From IMG/VR virus record IMGVR_UViG_3300044678_002654, positions 24,343-88,342 of that record: a DNA stretch of 64,000 nt. One strand, given 5' to 3'. The position numbers and the translations under genes were made by a program. Under the pieces are notes generated by a model. It ran no database searches and was not told where the DNA came from. It saw nothing but the letters and a program-made list of their open reading frames with translations. Origin of the DNA: a virus. Below, piece by piece: positions 1-10,071 of the stretch. Position 1 is the stretch's first letter, and every line of letters begins with the position of its first letter.

Positions 1-176
1 GTCACATCGGGGACGAGCTGGATCTGAAACTGGGGGATGGTCCAGACGCCGTGTGTGACGTTGAACCCTTGGATCGGCACCGCGATGCGGTTGATGTAGC
101 AGATCCAAGCCCCGGTATAGGCCGGGTTTGTCGTGAAGACCGAGCCGCTTCGCGCGGCGGTCGGGTCGTTGGCCAT
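1..176 (-). CDS. N-terminal part of probable baseplate/tail hub protein (runs off window edge)
   Basis: ATG at 176 gives MANDPTAARSGSVFTTNPAYTGAWICYINRIAVPIQGFNVTHGVWTIPQFQIQLVPDV..., open to window start; lies downstream in the tail module. Confidence 0.5.
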   Translation of the reverse strand, partial: MANDPTAARSGSVFTTNPAYTGAWICYINRIAVPIQGFNVTHGVWTIPQFQIQLVPDV

Positions 177-185
177 CCCCGAAGG

Positions 186-962
186 TTACACTGACAGCGC
201 CTCAACCGCGAGCAGCAGCGCGAGGCACACGGCGCCGACACGCTCTTGTGGGTACATAGCGTCATGAGACCGTGCGACGACCTCAACCGTTTCGGGCGCG
301 ACGCTGAGCGCCAGGAGTTCTTCTTGCGCACGCGGCCAAAGGAAGGCGAATCCGGTTACGACTGCGTCGACTTCGTCTACAGCGGCGACCTCAGTCGGGA
401 GAAGGACATCGATCGCTTCGTGCACCGTGGCCTGCTGCGCAGGGAGCAACGACACGAGTTGGCAGCGTTTCACGCGGTGAACAAGGGCCACTTGGAAAGA
501 CCCGTTCCCTTGCCCGAACGCACCGAGGAGCGACCGGCGATAGATCTCAAGGGAGTGGCATGACGCTGGAAAAGAGGCATCTACGCGCATGTCACGCAAA
601 GATTGATCACGTAGTGAGCTCGCCGGCAGCATCGAGAAGAAGCGCGTCTCGTATACCGTTTCAGGCGTTACGGTACCAGTGCTCACGACCCTGACGACAA
701 TAGGCGTACCAGGGGAAAAGTGCCGCCGACGACGAAGCGTGACAACGATGAGCGTGTTCGACGTCGTGGCGGTGCCGCGCACCTCTGGCGGGTGAAACAC
801 GTGGAAACCGCTGTCGTACTCGAACCCGAGAACACCGTCGATGTAGATGTTGACGCGTGAGAGATTCTCCGCAGTAGCTTGCACGGTCACGGTCACAGGC
901 GCGTCAACGGCGATGCCGACGCTGTCGGGGCTTGGGCTACGCAGGGCTGTAGATAGGCTCAC
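186..962 (-). CDS. putative virion protein with beta-rich/Ig-like N-terminus
   Basis: 258 aa ORF overlapping the stop of the upstream gene; SPSPDSVGIAVDAPVTVTV...VNIYIDG; tail-module context. Confidence 0.45.
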   Translation of the reverse strand: MSLSTALRSPSPDSVGIAVDAPVTVTVQATAENLSRVNIYIDGVLGFEYDSGFHVFHPPEVRGTATTSNTLIVVTLRRRRHFSPGTPIVVRVVSTGTVTPETVYETRFFSMLPASSLRDQSLRDMRVDASFPASCHSLEIYRRSLLGAFGQGNGSFQVALVHRVKRCQLVSLLPAQQATVHEAIDVLLPTEVAAVDEVDAVVTGFAFLWPRAQEELLALSVAPETVEVVARSHDAMYPQERVGAVCLALLLAVEALSV

Positions 963-1954
963 GTATGTGCTCCACTGCGGCGAGGTGTTGCAGCCGGGCG
1001 ATTGACGGTTTCAGGTCGCGCGTTCACGCGAACAGATGCGGGTACGGTAGCAGGTGTTGCCGCAGGCGTCGGAGCGGGGTTGACGATGGGCTCAGGTGAT
1101 GCCGTCGGTGGTGAAGACACAGTGCGTGGATCGACTGGCGCCGGCACTGCCGAGAGCTCGGCGTTCACAGGCGTGGTAGCAGTGACAGCCGTCGTCGTGC
1201 GCTCACGAGCCGCCGTCCGAGCAGGGCCAGCGGCGTTCGGGTCGTCCGAGAAGTCCGAGGCGGGAACCGTTGGCTTCCAGTTCTGCTCGTAGTGGATGAT
1301 GCGGATCTCCCGCACGAGGAGCTGGAAGCTGAAATCGACCTTGTTTTGTAGCTCGGAGCTGTGCCCGAGCTGAATGTTCACCATCGCCCCTTGCACGATG
1401 TAGGCGCCATACCGCAGGGCTACGACCTTCTGCCGTTTGGCGACCTGCGCGAGGCGCAGGATGTGGACGTACAGGCGGTAGAAGTTCGTCGCCTGATCGT
1501 CCTGTCGCGTGTTGAGGAGCAGGCCCGAGTAAGGGAAGACAGGCGGCTCCTGGTCGAAGGAGTAGACGACGTAGTTCCCCTCAAGGGTTGGCGCGACCTG
1601 ATAGTTCTCGCGCAGGACATGCACGGCGCTCTGAAGGAAGAAGTCGACGTAGCCGGTGCTCGCGTTCGAGCGCTGTTCTCGCTGCCCCGCGTCACCAGAC
1701 GGCGCAGGTTCAGCGACGGATAGCGCCCTGAGCCCTGTCACCTGAGGAGCGAGTCGCTCTTGGACAAAGGAGTCACCGATCGAGCGCAAGAACGTGTCGC
1801 GTTCGCCTGGGTCGACTCGCATGAAGATCTTGGCGAGAGTATCCCGATGGTTCTCGTCACGACGGAGACCTTCATTGATCGCGTACAAGGGCGTCGCGCC
1901 CTTGATGTCGTCGTTGAACTGTCCGCGCAGTCCTACCTCTGTAGAGCGGCTCAC
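959..1954 (-). CDS. putative tail tube initiator / baseplate protein
   Basis: 331 aa; FFLQ...ENYQVAPT...YSFDQEPPVFPYSGLLLNT pattern resembles large-myovirus tail proteins; Pro/Ala/Thr-rich C-terminus; follows tape-measure-like gene. Confidence 0.45.
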   Translation of the reverse strand: MSRSTEVGLRGQFNDDIKGATPLYAINEGLRRDENHRDTLAKIFMRVDPGERDTFLRSIGDSFVQERLAPQVTGLRALSVAEPAPSGDAGQREQRSNASTGYVDFFLQSAVHVLRENYQVAPTLEGNYVVYSFDQEPPVFPYSGLLLNTRQDDQATNFYRLYVHILRLAQVAKRQKVVALRYGAYIVQGAMVNIQLGHSSELQNKVDFSFQLLVREIRIIHYEQNWKPTVPASDFSDDPNAAGPARTAARERTTTAVTATTPVNAELSAVPAPVDPRTVSSPPTASPEPIVNPAPTPAATPATVPASVRVNARPETVNRPAATPRRSGAHT

Positions 1955-2136
1955 TTCTCCTCCTCGACCATGACGAGAGGCCCAAGCTCACCCGTCACGA
2001 GGCGTGCGAGCTGAAAGGTAGAAGGCATCGTCACTGAAGGCGTCCTTGCCTTGAGGAAGTTCGAGATCACGTTGTGCACGGTCTCACCGACAAGCTCGAC
2101 CCCGTTCGGGAGCGCTACACGTTGCTTGACGCTCAT
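1951..2136 (-). CDS. small hypothetical protein
   Basis: 61 aa ORF translationally coupled to both neighbours. Confidence 0.6.
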   Translation of the reverse strand: MSVKQRVALPNGVELVGETVHNVISNFLKARTPSVTMPSTFQLARLVTGELGPLVMVEEEK

Positions 2137-5100
2137 CAGCCGCCTCCCATCAGGTTCTGCATGCTGTTCCCTTCGACCACGCTGGCGAGCTGCCTCGTGA
2201 CGTCACGTAGATTACGTGTGACCTCGGCGAGCTGGTCCATCTGTCCGCCGACGCCCATACCTCGCGCCTCGTTCTGCGTGTCATTGATGGCGCTTTCACT
2301 GCGTGAAGCGTCACGGTCTGACCCGGTGCCGCGCGCCATCTCGCGCCGCGCGAAGTCTTCCTTGTCATCGAAGACCGACTGGTCGAGCGAGAAGAGGCGG
2401 CCGTACCAAGTGCTGTTGTACCTGCGCTCAGCGCTCTCCCCGGTTCGACCTCGTCGCTCGGCCGCTCCGGCGAGCTGGCTCAATGCCGAACGGTCTCCCC
2501 GATTCGCGGCCTCGATGAGGCGTCTCTGCGACCCGCTAGCCTGAGAAAGCAGGTCTTGATTACCGGCGATGCGCGCGATGTTCTGTTGCAGCCGGCTCGG
2601 GTCCTGCTCGGTCACCCCTTCGTAAAGGTGAGCGTTGAATCCTCCTTCTTGCGCGAGAGACTCTGCGCCGAGGCCAAGACGATGCTGATAGCGTCGTGAG
2701 ATGCTCCCGGTGTCAACTGCGGTCTGATCGTCAAGAAGTTGCGCCCCGCTCACGTTGCGGCGGAGCATGTCTGCGCCTGCGCGCTGTGTCGCGTTGTCGT
2801 TGCGCTGCGCGTTGTTCGTGATCTGCATCTGCGCTCGAAACGCGTTCTTCTCTTCTTCCGAGAGGTTCCCGTTGCGGAAGAGCGTCTCCTGAACCTCGCG
2901 GATGCGCCGGTTGGCGAGCTCCCCCTGTTCGCCTCCACCTGTCGACTGGCGCTGCGCCTGGAGCGCCCTGATGACCGTGAGCGCGTTCCGGCTGCGCGTC
3001 TGCGTCTCTCCGCGCCCGACGCCTTCAGAAGTGTCAGAGAGCGTGTCCATGGCGCGTCGGCGGTAGACATCGTTTGCGCCGTCACCGAGTAGCCTGCCAT
3101 AGACCCTGCGCTCGTCTGCTTCGACGTCAGACCCGCCGCCCGTGCGCAAGCGTTGCCCGATCTGGATCGCGTCGTTCATGCGAGCGAGGCCGCGTTCGTC
3201 CATGTAGGCACGGGCGTCGAGCGAAGCCGCCTGGGTGAGCTGGCTGCTGTGCTCGTCAAAGTACTGATCAGCCCGGCCACGATCCCAACCCTGCTCGGCC
3301 GCAGAGCGGGTGAACGCCGCACGGATCTGAGCCTGCGACATGATCCTGCCGCCCGTGACGTTGCCGGAATCAGCGATGCCATACGTGAAATGACGAACGC
3401 CAGCCCGCACGGCCATGTTCGCGGCGCCACCGACGACGGTACCGCCGAGACCTGATTGCGCCTCTGAGGCTGCATTGCCGAGGTGCATGCCAAACCCAGT
3501 GAGCATCCTCTCGTCCACGCCGTCACGACCAACGGCGCCTCGCGCGGCCATCACCTCGTCATTGGACGAATAGAGGAGCCGTTGCCCGGTGCGGCCAAGC
3601 CGCTGCATGTTGCGGATCTCCTCCGCTCTCGTAGCGTCGCTGCCGAAGGTCGCGCTGATCGCCGAGCCAGCGCCCGCGAGGAGACCGGCCGCACCGCTGG
3701 CTTGATAGATCGCGCGATCGGCTTGGAATCGCGAACCCCAAGAGAGGCTCGATTCACCGCGTGAAACGGGGTTGCGCAGTAGCGAATCGACGTTGTCACG
3801 CGTGTAGTTTTCGTAGCGTTCCCGCGACTGAACTGACCCGAGCGAACCTCCCGCATACGGGCTTCCGTGAACAAGGGAGTCGTAGCCCTGTCGAAGACCT
3901 TCGCGCGCGTTTCGATAGCCTTGGCGTCCTGCGCCGAAAACTGCGCTCTCGCTGGCGATATCATCCCCGATGCCAGGACGGAGCGCCTCGATGTTGCGAA
4001 GCTCAACGGCTCGGCGCTCACGACGAAGCGACTCGACTTGGTCGTGCTGTCGGTCGTAGTAGTCGCCAGACCCAAGCTCTTGCGCCCTCGCAAGAGATTG
4101 CGTGCGATCTAGGCCCATCGCCTGCCCGGCCATGATGAAGCCCGCCGCGCCTCGGTGGCCCATCCGGTTGGCGAACCCCATGATCTGGCGGTCCTCCATT
4201 CCGCGCCTCGCGAACGGTCCTTGCGCCTCCATCGCACGACCGATGGTGTCCTGGAGGAGCGGCTGTGCCCCAATGGCAAGCCCCAGACCCTCGATACCCA
4301 TGGAGCCGGTCATGCCCGACAGCGCGCCGACACCATGGCCGGGCATGTCGAAGACGTTCGCGCTGCCTCCGATAAGCCCACGCATGCGCCCGAGGTCCAG
4401 GCCGCCGCGACCGTTCATCATGCCCGGCGCGAGCATCGGCATCTGGAGGAACGACGCCGAAAACATGTTCGAGAGGTTCGAGAGCCCCTCGTGGCCCCCC
4501 ATCATCGACATCATCTGCGGGGAGACCGCCCCCGTGAGCTGTGCGCTACGCGCGAGGGCGTAGTTCCCCATGCCGGCCTGATAGCCGAGACCCTGTGAAA
4601 GCCCCATCGCGCCGTAGGTCTGTGACCCAAGCGCTCCGCCCACGGCCGACATCTGCTCGAAGGAGGTACCCGCCATGCGAGCCCACGCGCGACCGTTGCC
4701 CACCGCGCGCATGGTCTCAGAGAGGTTGAGACCGGAAGACTGCATGCGCCCCATCGTCTCGATGGCGCGCTGGACGTCAGGCTCGTTGGCGAGCTCCATG
4801 AAGACCGAGAGGCTCTTGGAGAGGTCGCGAACACGAGAGACGATCTGATCAGGGCTCTGTGCGCCGTTGAGCAGCCCCTCGCGCCCTCCGAGCTGCGAGA
4901 TCTTCATCACGTCAGATCGGTTGAACTTCTCCTGTGTGTCAGCCTGGAATCGGCTGGACCCTGAGAGGTCTTCGAGCATACGCGCCGTACGCAGCGACGC
5001 CATGTGCGAGAGGCCGCTGCCCGACTGATGTCCGAACTCCCCGCCGTTGACGAAGCCTCGTGAGCTGTGCTCGATGCCCGCGCCGTAGGCACGCAGGTTT

Positions 5101-5774
5101 ACGGCAGGAGCCATCACGTGGTCCATGACCGCGTTCTGGCCCCAGAGCCCGCCACCAAGGAACTCGGTCGCAGCGGCGCCTGCGGCTGCTCCGATTCCGC
5201 CCATTCCGAAGCGTCGACCGATGAGGCCGCCTACGGCACCGCCGATTGCGTCAGCGCCGAGGCGTCCGAAGAGTCCAGCCGTGCTTGTCGCACCACGGAA
5301 GACCCTGTCCTGCGTGGCCTGCTCCTGCCCTTGGAGCGCCTGAAATGGCGTCTCAAAGTAGGACGGCGCGGGCGACGGGCCGAAGAACGGTGACATCCTC
5401 CCCTGTGGTCCCGCATAAGCCGGAGGCGGCTGTGGCACGGCGGGGCCATAGAGGCGCGGCGTCGACGGGAACATCGACCCGAGGCCCATCGGCGCGTACG
5501 GGTTGTACGGCGCCGACTGCATCCCAGGCATCATGACCCCTGTGGGGCCTTGGGTCATGATCGGGCTGTTGGTGAATGTCTGCCACTGCTGCGTCGGAAA
5601 AACGCCAGCGCCGAACCCCCCTTGGCCGCCAAAGGCCATGTTCGAGCTGATCTGCCCAGGGAAGATCAGCGGATTGGACGGGGGCGTGTAGCTCACCCCC
5701 GACAAACCCGGTGACGGGCCGATCTGTGGGAGGACTCCAGCGGCGTCCTGCATCGGGTTGAATGGGGGAGGCAT
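2136..5774 (-). CDS. tape-measure-like protein
   Basis: 1212 aa, Gly/Ala/Met-rich, predicted largely helical; directly downstream of a chaperone-like gene pair. Confidence 0.65.
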   Translation of the reverse strand: MPPPFNPMQDAAGVLPQIGPSPGLSGVSYTPPSNPLIFPGQISSNMAFGGQGGFGAGVFPTQQWQTFTNSPIMTQGPTGVMMPGMQSAPYNPYAPMGLGSMFPSTPRLYGPAVPQPPPAYAGPQGRMSPFFGPSPAPSYFETPFQALQGQEQATQDRVFRGATSTAGLFGRLGADAIGGAVGGLIGRRFGMGGIGAAAGAAATEFLGGGLWGQNAVMDHVMAPAVNLRAYGAGIEHSSRGFVNGGEFGHQSGSGLSHMASLRTARMLEDLSGSSRFQADTQEKFNRSDVMKISQLGGREGLLNGAQSPDQIVSRVRDLSKSLSVFMELANEPDVQRAIETMGRMQSSGLNLSETMRAVGNGRAWARMAGTSFEQMSAVGGALGSQTYGAMGLSQGLGYQAGMGNYALARSAQLTGAVSPQMMSMMGGHEGLSNLSNMFSASFLQMPMLAPGMMNGRGGLDLGRMRGLIGGSANVFDMPGHGVGALSGMTGSMGIEGLGLAIGAQPLLQDTIGRAMEAQGPFARRGMEDRQIMGFANRMGHRGAAGFIMAGQAMGLDRTQSLARAQELGSGDYYDRQHDQVESLRRERRAVELRNIEALRPGIGDDIASESAVFGAGRQGYRNAREGLRQGYDSLVHGSPYAGGSLGSVQSRERYENYTRDNVDSLLRNPVSRGESSLSWGSRFQADRAIYQASGAAGLLAGAGSAISATFGSDATRAEEIRNMQRLGRTGQRLLYSSNDEVMAARGAVGRDGVDERMLTGFGMHLGNAASEAQSGLGGTVVGGAANMAVRAGVRHFTYGIADSGNVTGGRIMSQAQIRAAFTRSAAEQGWDRGRADQYFDEHSSQLTQAASLDARAYMDERGLARMNDAIQIGQRLRTGGGSDVEADERRVYGRLLGDGANDVYRRRAMDTLSDTSEGVGRGETQTRSRNALTVIRALQAQRQSTGGGEQGELANRRIREVQETLFRNGNLSEEEKNAFRAQMQITNNAQRNDNATQRAGADMLRRNVSGAQLLDDQTAVDTGSISRRYQHRLGLGAESLAQEGGFNAHLYEGVTEQDPSRLQQNIARIAGNQDLLSQASGSQRRLIEAANRGDRSALSQLAGAAERRGRTGESAERRYNSTWYGRLFSLDQSVFDDKEDFARREMARGTGSDRDASRSESAINDTQNEARGMGVGGQMDQLAEVTRNLRDVTRQLASVVEGNSMQNLMGGG

Positions 5775-5788
5775 TGAAACGAAGTCTA

Positions 5789-6193
5789 CTACGTCGGCGG
5801 CGTGTACGTGAGCGCGGACATCTTCGCGTCAAGGCTCGCGTCAAGGAGGTTCCTCCGCTGATCGGCCGCTGCTTTGCGAGCGAGCCGATTTTGCACCGCG
5901 AGTTGCACGTCAGGGCGGTAGAAGTCCTGATGAACTTCGGCCTCGTAGAGCGCGAGCATGCGCTCAACCTCTGAGAGCGCAGCGGGGTACGTCTGCGCAG
6001 GCTTCTCAGAGACGATCACCCGAGCCACCGCCATCAACGTGTGCACGAGGAGCGACGCGTGTTGCACGCGCTGGTTACGCTCTCGTACGAAAGACTCCTG
6101 GAGGACCATGTCTTCAAACGACCCCGGAGGGTGCAACACGACGCCCCGGGCGAGGGCAGTCGCGGCGTTGATCCCTGCCGGGGCTGCTAGAAA
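5789..6193 (-). CDS. tail assembly chaperone C-terminal (GT-like) segment, probably reached by -1 frameshift
   Basis: frame stays open upstream across the stop of 6187..6849 in the -1 frame; no convincing RBS/ATG of its own; immediately precedes tape measure. Confidence 0.55.
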   Translation of the reverse strand, partial: FLAAPAGINAATALARGVVLHPPGSFEDMVLQESFVRERNQRVQHASLLVHTLMAVARVIVSEKPAQTYPAALSEVERMLALYEAEVHQDFYRPDVQLAVQNRLARKAAADQRRNLLDASLDAKMSALTYTPPT

Positions 6194-6849
6194 GACCCTA
6201 CGGCCCCGTTGGAAAGGGCTGCGTGGCTGATCGTCTTGAAGTGCGCGAAGACCCGCTGGACGTGCGGGAGCACTTCCTCAGGGATCGTGCCCACGAAGGC
6301 GAGGCGCTTGGCGTGCAGATCGTCGACGACCTTCGGGTCAGGCCCGCGAGGCGGGAACTCGAAGGTGATGTTCTCTTCCCCGTTGTCGAAGGCGGCGAGC
6401 GACCCGGCGAGGTCGTTCTGGTTCTGCACGATGTCAACCGTGTCGTTCATGACCTGCGACGGGAGCTGCTCAATCGCCCGAAGGACGCGCCGACGGTGGT
6501 CAGGACCTGCCGTGCGGAAGGTCACCGTCACGAGGCCACCCCAGAGCTTGTAGCTCTTGGCGTAGTAGCCCTTGCGAATGATCGCGAGCTGGATCGCTCG
6601 CGCGTCCTCCAGGCTAAGGTTGCACTGCTGAAGGATGCGGTGCCACTGCTCATCGGGGGTGAGCTTGGCCCACGCCTCTGGCGTGATGCCCTCCACAGGC
6701 GGCTTCGGGAGAGGCGCCGCCTCAGTCGGCTTCACGTCCTCCGCAGGTCGCTGCTTGTTCTCGGTTGTCTTGTCGCTGCCGACCAACCGCGCCGCGAGCT
6801 CGTCCGCGTCGTCGAGGTCGCCCGCCGTGATCAGGGGTCTGTTGCTCAT
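6187..6849 (-). CDS. tail assembly chaperone (G-like)
   Basis: ATG 6849 with GGAGGAG upstream; 220 aa ending GAVGSF; two ORFs upstream of tape measure. Confidence 0.55.
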   Translation of the reverse strand: MSNRPLITAGDLDDADELAARLVGSDKTTENKQRPAEDVKPTEAAPLPKPPVEGITPEAWAKLTPDEQWHRILQQCNLSLEDARAIQLAIIRKGYYAKSYKLWGGLVTVTFRTAGPDHRRRVLRAIEQLPSQVMNDTVDIVQNQNDLAGSLAAFDNGEENITFEFPPRGPDPKVVDDLHAKRLAFVGTIPEEVLPHVQRVFAHFKTISHAALSNGAVGSF

Positions 6850-6954
6850 GTGTAGAAAGACTCCTCCGCTTCTGGTAGAAGCTAATACGCGCAACGAGTG
6901 TAGGAGGCAACGGACTTGTTGTTGCCGCACGTTCACGCAGTGAAAGGGAGTTTG

Positions 6955-9033
6955 ATGTCCTCCACGATTGTCTGGCTCGAAGAGCCCGGGCGCGGCCTCG
7001 TCAAGAGCGCCCGCCCTGGCCAGATCCGAATGGCCACCTACGTCGCCAAGGTGGCCGAAGAGAAGGGTGTCGCGATCATTCAGGCCGGCACCGGTACCGG
7101 CAAGAGCCTCGGGGCGCTCGTCCCGGTGGTGGCCTCCGACAAGGTCAAGAGGGTCATCTACTCGACCGGCAAGAAGACCCTTCAGGCGCAGGTCATGCAC
7201 GACTTGCACGATGTCTGCGAGAAGGTCCGCCCCCGTCTTTTTGGCAAGCGGCTCGGGAAGGGCAACTACGTCTGTCAGTTGCGCCTGACCGAATTTCTCG
7301 CGGGCGGTAACACGCGCTTCGACGCCGAGCAGATCGAGAGGTTCGCGGCGTGGGTAGGGTCGACGCCTTATGACGAGATCGCCGAGTTCGGCGAGCCGGT
7401 CCCCTTCGACTACGCGATCCGTGTCAATGAGTGCTTGAAGCACCAGTGCCCGCAGCGCAAGGAGTGCGGATTTCTCACGTCCATCGCGGACGCCCGCAAC
7501 GCAGAGGTTCTGGTGGTCAATCACGCGCTGCTCGCGTTCGACCTCTCCACGGGTGGCGGCAAGATCCTCGGCCCGTACGACATGGTCATCATCGACGAAG
7601 CTCACCAAGCGCCGGAGGCGTTTCGGAGCGCCTACACGCTCCGGTGGCACCCCGCGCAAGCACGCTTCATCGAGAACGGCATGCGCGTCGACGCCCGGCT
7701 TCACTTCCCTTCAGATCTGCATGCGATCTACGAAGAGACTGGCTCGCGGCTCGACGACACGCGCCCCGGTCGTACGCAGATCCTCGGTACGCCGCTCGAA
7801 GACCTCTTCCGAGAGACGCACGAGCGAGTCGAAGACATCAAGGCGCAGTTCATCGACTTCGGTCTCTGGTCCGACGGCGCTGAAGAGAGTGACGATGAGG
7901 GCGAGGAGGAGCGCGAGCTTTCTCCTGAAGAAGCGCGTGAACGCGCCCGAGTCCGTGCGACGGCCGCCAACGTGGCTCGCCTGGAAAAGCTCTGCAAGGT
8001 TCTCCTCTCGGACCCGCAGACGCAGTACGATCCTGTGACGCTCGACGCGCTCCCGAGGGCGGCCGAGGGGATCGAGTACCTCACCTACGTCTCGCGCGCC
8101 TTTGGAAAGGACGATGGCAGCGAGCTCAACGTTACGCCCATCGAAATCGGTCCGTTGGTCGCCCCGGCGCTGCGGAAAGTCGGTCGTGTCGTTCTGACGA
8201 GCGCGACCATCGCTACGGGGAAGAACCTCGATTCCTGCTTCGAGTACACCCTGCGGGAGTTCGGCCTCTCGGAGCGCGATCTCGTCGCCAAGGACATCGT
8301 CTCGTCTCCCTTCGACTACAAGCAATGCTCGGTGCTCTACGTGGACCGGGAGGCGCCCCTCAAGCCGGACACCTATTCCTCCAACAAGACCGACGCGAAG
8401 ATCGCGATGGGCGAGTGGTACGAGGACATGGGCGCACGGATGCACGAGTTGCTCGAAGCCTCTCGTGGTGGAGCCTTCATCCTCTGCGCTTCGCGGGAAG
8501 ACCTCGAAGGCTTCGCGGATGCGCTGCGCCAGTACGAGGGCGCAGCCTACCGGGTCGGCGTTCAGGAGAAGTCAGACGACGGCGCAGTCAAGTGGTTCAA
8601 GGAGGACCGCACCTCGGTGCTCATCGGGCTCAAGGCGCTCTGGGAGGGCGTCGATGTCCCGGGCATGGGCCTGCGCATGATCATCGTCCCCCGCCTGCCT
8701 TTCCCGAATCGCGGGGACACGCTCCTCACTGCTCGCAAGGAGCGGTACGAGAAGCATCTTCGCCGGCAAGGCATGGACGACACCAAGATCGGCTACCAGA
8801 CCTTCACGGCGTTCGACGTGAACATCGCCGCCCGCGAGCTCGCGCAGGGGTTCGGTCGTCTCATTCGCCGGCAGGGCGACATGGGCATCGGCGTGTGCCT
8901 GGACCCCCGTCTCGTCACCAAGGCGTACGGCGGCATCCTGCGCTCCTCGATCCCGTTGCCTCTTCAAGACAAGCAGGACAAGGCTCGAATCCTGAACCTC
9001 GCGCGAACGTTCGCGCGAGGCGCACTTGGCTGA
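6955..9033 (+). CDS. dinG: DinG/XPD-family Fe-S helicase
   Basis: QAGTGTGKS Walker A, NYVC...ECLKHQCPQRKEC Fe-S cysteines, VVNHALL, IIDEAH, WEGVDVPG, QGFGRLIR; GGGAG before ATG 6955. Confidence 0.92.
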   Translation: MSSTIVWLEEPGRGLVKSARPGQIRMATYVAKVAEEKGVAIIQAGTGTGKSLGALVPVVASDKVKRVIYSTGKKTLQAQVMHDLHDVCEKVRPRLFGKRLGKGNYVCQLRLTEFLAGGNTRFDAEQIERFAAWVGSTPYDEIAEFGEPVPFDYAIRVNECLKHQCPQRKECGFLTSIADARNAEVLVVNHALLAFDLSTGGGKILGPYDMVIIDEAHQAPEAFRSAYTLRWHPAQARFIENGMRVDARLHFPSDLHAIYEETGSRLDDTRPGRTQILGTPLEDLFRETHERVEDIKAQFIDFGLWSDGAEESDDEGEEERELSPEEARERARVRATAANVARLEKLCKVLLSDPQTQYDPVTLDALPRAAEGIEYLTYVSRAFGKDDGSELNVTPIEIGPLVAPALRKVGRVVLTSATIATGKNLDSCFEYTLREFGLSERDLVAKDIVSSPFDYKQCSVLYVDREAPLKPDTYSSNKTDAKIAMGEWYEDMGARMHELLEASRGGAFILCASREDLEGFADALRQYEGAAYRVGVQEKSDDGAVKWFKEDRTSVLIGLKALWEGVDVPGMGLRMIIVPRLPFPNRGDTLLTARKERYEKHLRRQGMDDTKIGYQTFTAFDVNIAARELAQGFGRLIRRQGDMGIGVCLDPRLVTKAYGGILRSSIPLPLQDKQDKARILNLARTFARGALG

Positions 9034-9100
9034 ATCACTTCACCGCGTGAAAACACGCGTCACTTGCTACTGAGGGTCTTAGCCCGTACGTTTCACCCCG

Positions 9101-9571
9101 ATGCTTCCTTCTTCTTTCGCCGACGTCCCCCCGCGAGTCGACACTGCCACTTGCACGGTCTGCCGGGAGCGCTTCGCCCCCGGTGACCGGGCGGCAGACG
9201 TGAAGATCGTGGCGGGCATCGGCAGGCATCCCCATCACGGTCGCCCCACTGCTTTCGTCAACGAAGACGAGTACAACGAGCGAGCGCACGTAGACTGCCG
9301 TAACCGGCAGCTCGCGAGCCCAAGGATCTTCATGCCGCCTCCCACTTCCTCTGTCGGTCAGCCTGACGTTCGGGACAGCGATGCGCGCTGCCCTGTCTGC
9401 GGCAACGCCTTCCGACGCGGTGATCGCATCGTCAGCGTGACGGTCGTGATCGGTGTCGAAAAAGACCCGGAGACCAAGCGACCTGCTGCCAAGTGCTACA
9501 CGGAGCAGGAGCACGTTCACTTCAACTGCCGCGACCCGCAGCTCGTGACAGGCGTCCTGGTGATCTCATGA
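9101..9571 (+). CDS. protein with two tandem CxxC...HxxC zinc-finger repeats
   Basis: CTVCRERFAPGDR...AHVDCRN and CPVCGNAFRRGDR...VHFNCRD. Confidence 0.7.
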   Translation: MLPSSFADVPPRVDTATCTVCRERFAPGDRAADVKIVAGIGRHPHHGRPTAFVNEDEYNERAHVDCRNRQLASPRIFMPPPTSSVGQPDVRDSDARCPVCGNAFRRGDRIVSVTVVIGVEKDPETKRPAAKCYTEQEHVHFNCRDPQLVTGVLVIS

Positions 9572-10062
9572 GGGGCGTCTCGAAGAACCCGCTCGCCGAC
9601 GACCTCGACGACCGACCCAAAGAGGTCGAGAAAGACAAGGGGTTCATCCCTGAGTTTGCGCTGCCTGTCACGGTGCAACGGCGCACCGCGATCTTCGAGG
9701 GACGTGGCTACAACATCCACGTCGCCGTGAAGCGCCCAGACCCGGAGCTCGGCCTGGAGACAATCGCCCGCGCCATCCTCGGTGAAGCGATCCTTCAGTC
9801 CCTACCGGCCAATCGACGCGGCGATGTTTTCGCAGAGCTCGAACATCAGAGCATCTATCGCACTGAGCCAGCAGGGCCGAAGGTGACCCTCGCCCTCGGC
9901 GATCTCACGCTCTACGCCGCCGCGAGCTCGTCTGACCTCGCGCTCGCGCAGAAGATGGCGGTGGACCGGTTGGCGCTGGCGCTCTCAACTCTTCGGCTCA
10001 AGTTCTCTGGTGCGAAGGCGGCCTTCGACAAGTACGAAGTGTCCATGTCGCGCAGGGCTTAG
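9568..10062 (+). CDS. hypothetical protein
   Basis: ATGA overlap with previous gene; 164 aa. Confidence 0.65.
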   Translation: MRGVSKNPLADDLDDRPKEVEKDKGFIPEFALPVTVQRRTAIFEGRGYNIHVAVKRPDPELGLETIARAILGEAILQSLPANRRGDVFAELEHQSIYRTEPAGPKVTLALGDLTLYAAASSSDLALAQKMAVDRLALALSTLRLKFSGAKAAFDKYEVSMSRRA

Positions 10063-10071
10063 GATCAGGCC

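Noticed and set aside
6850-7704. 505-aa version of the minus-strand ORF 6187..7704
   Set aside because: The upstream part is the antisense shadow of dinG; the real start is most likely ATG 6849 with GGAGGAG.
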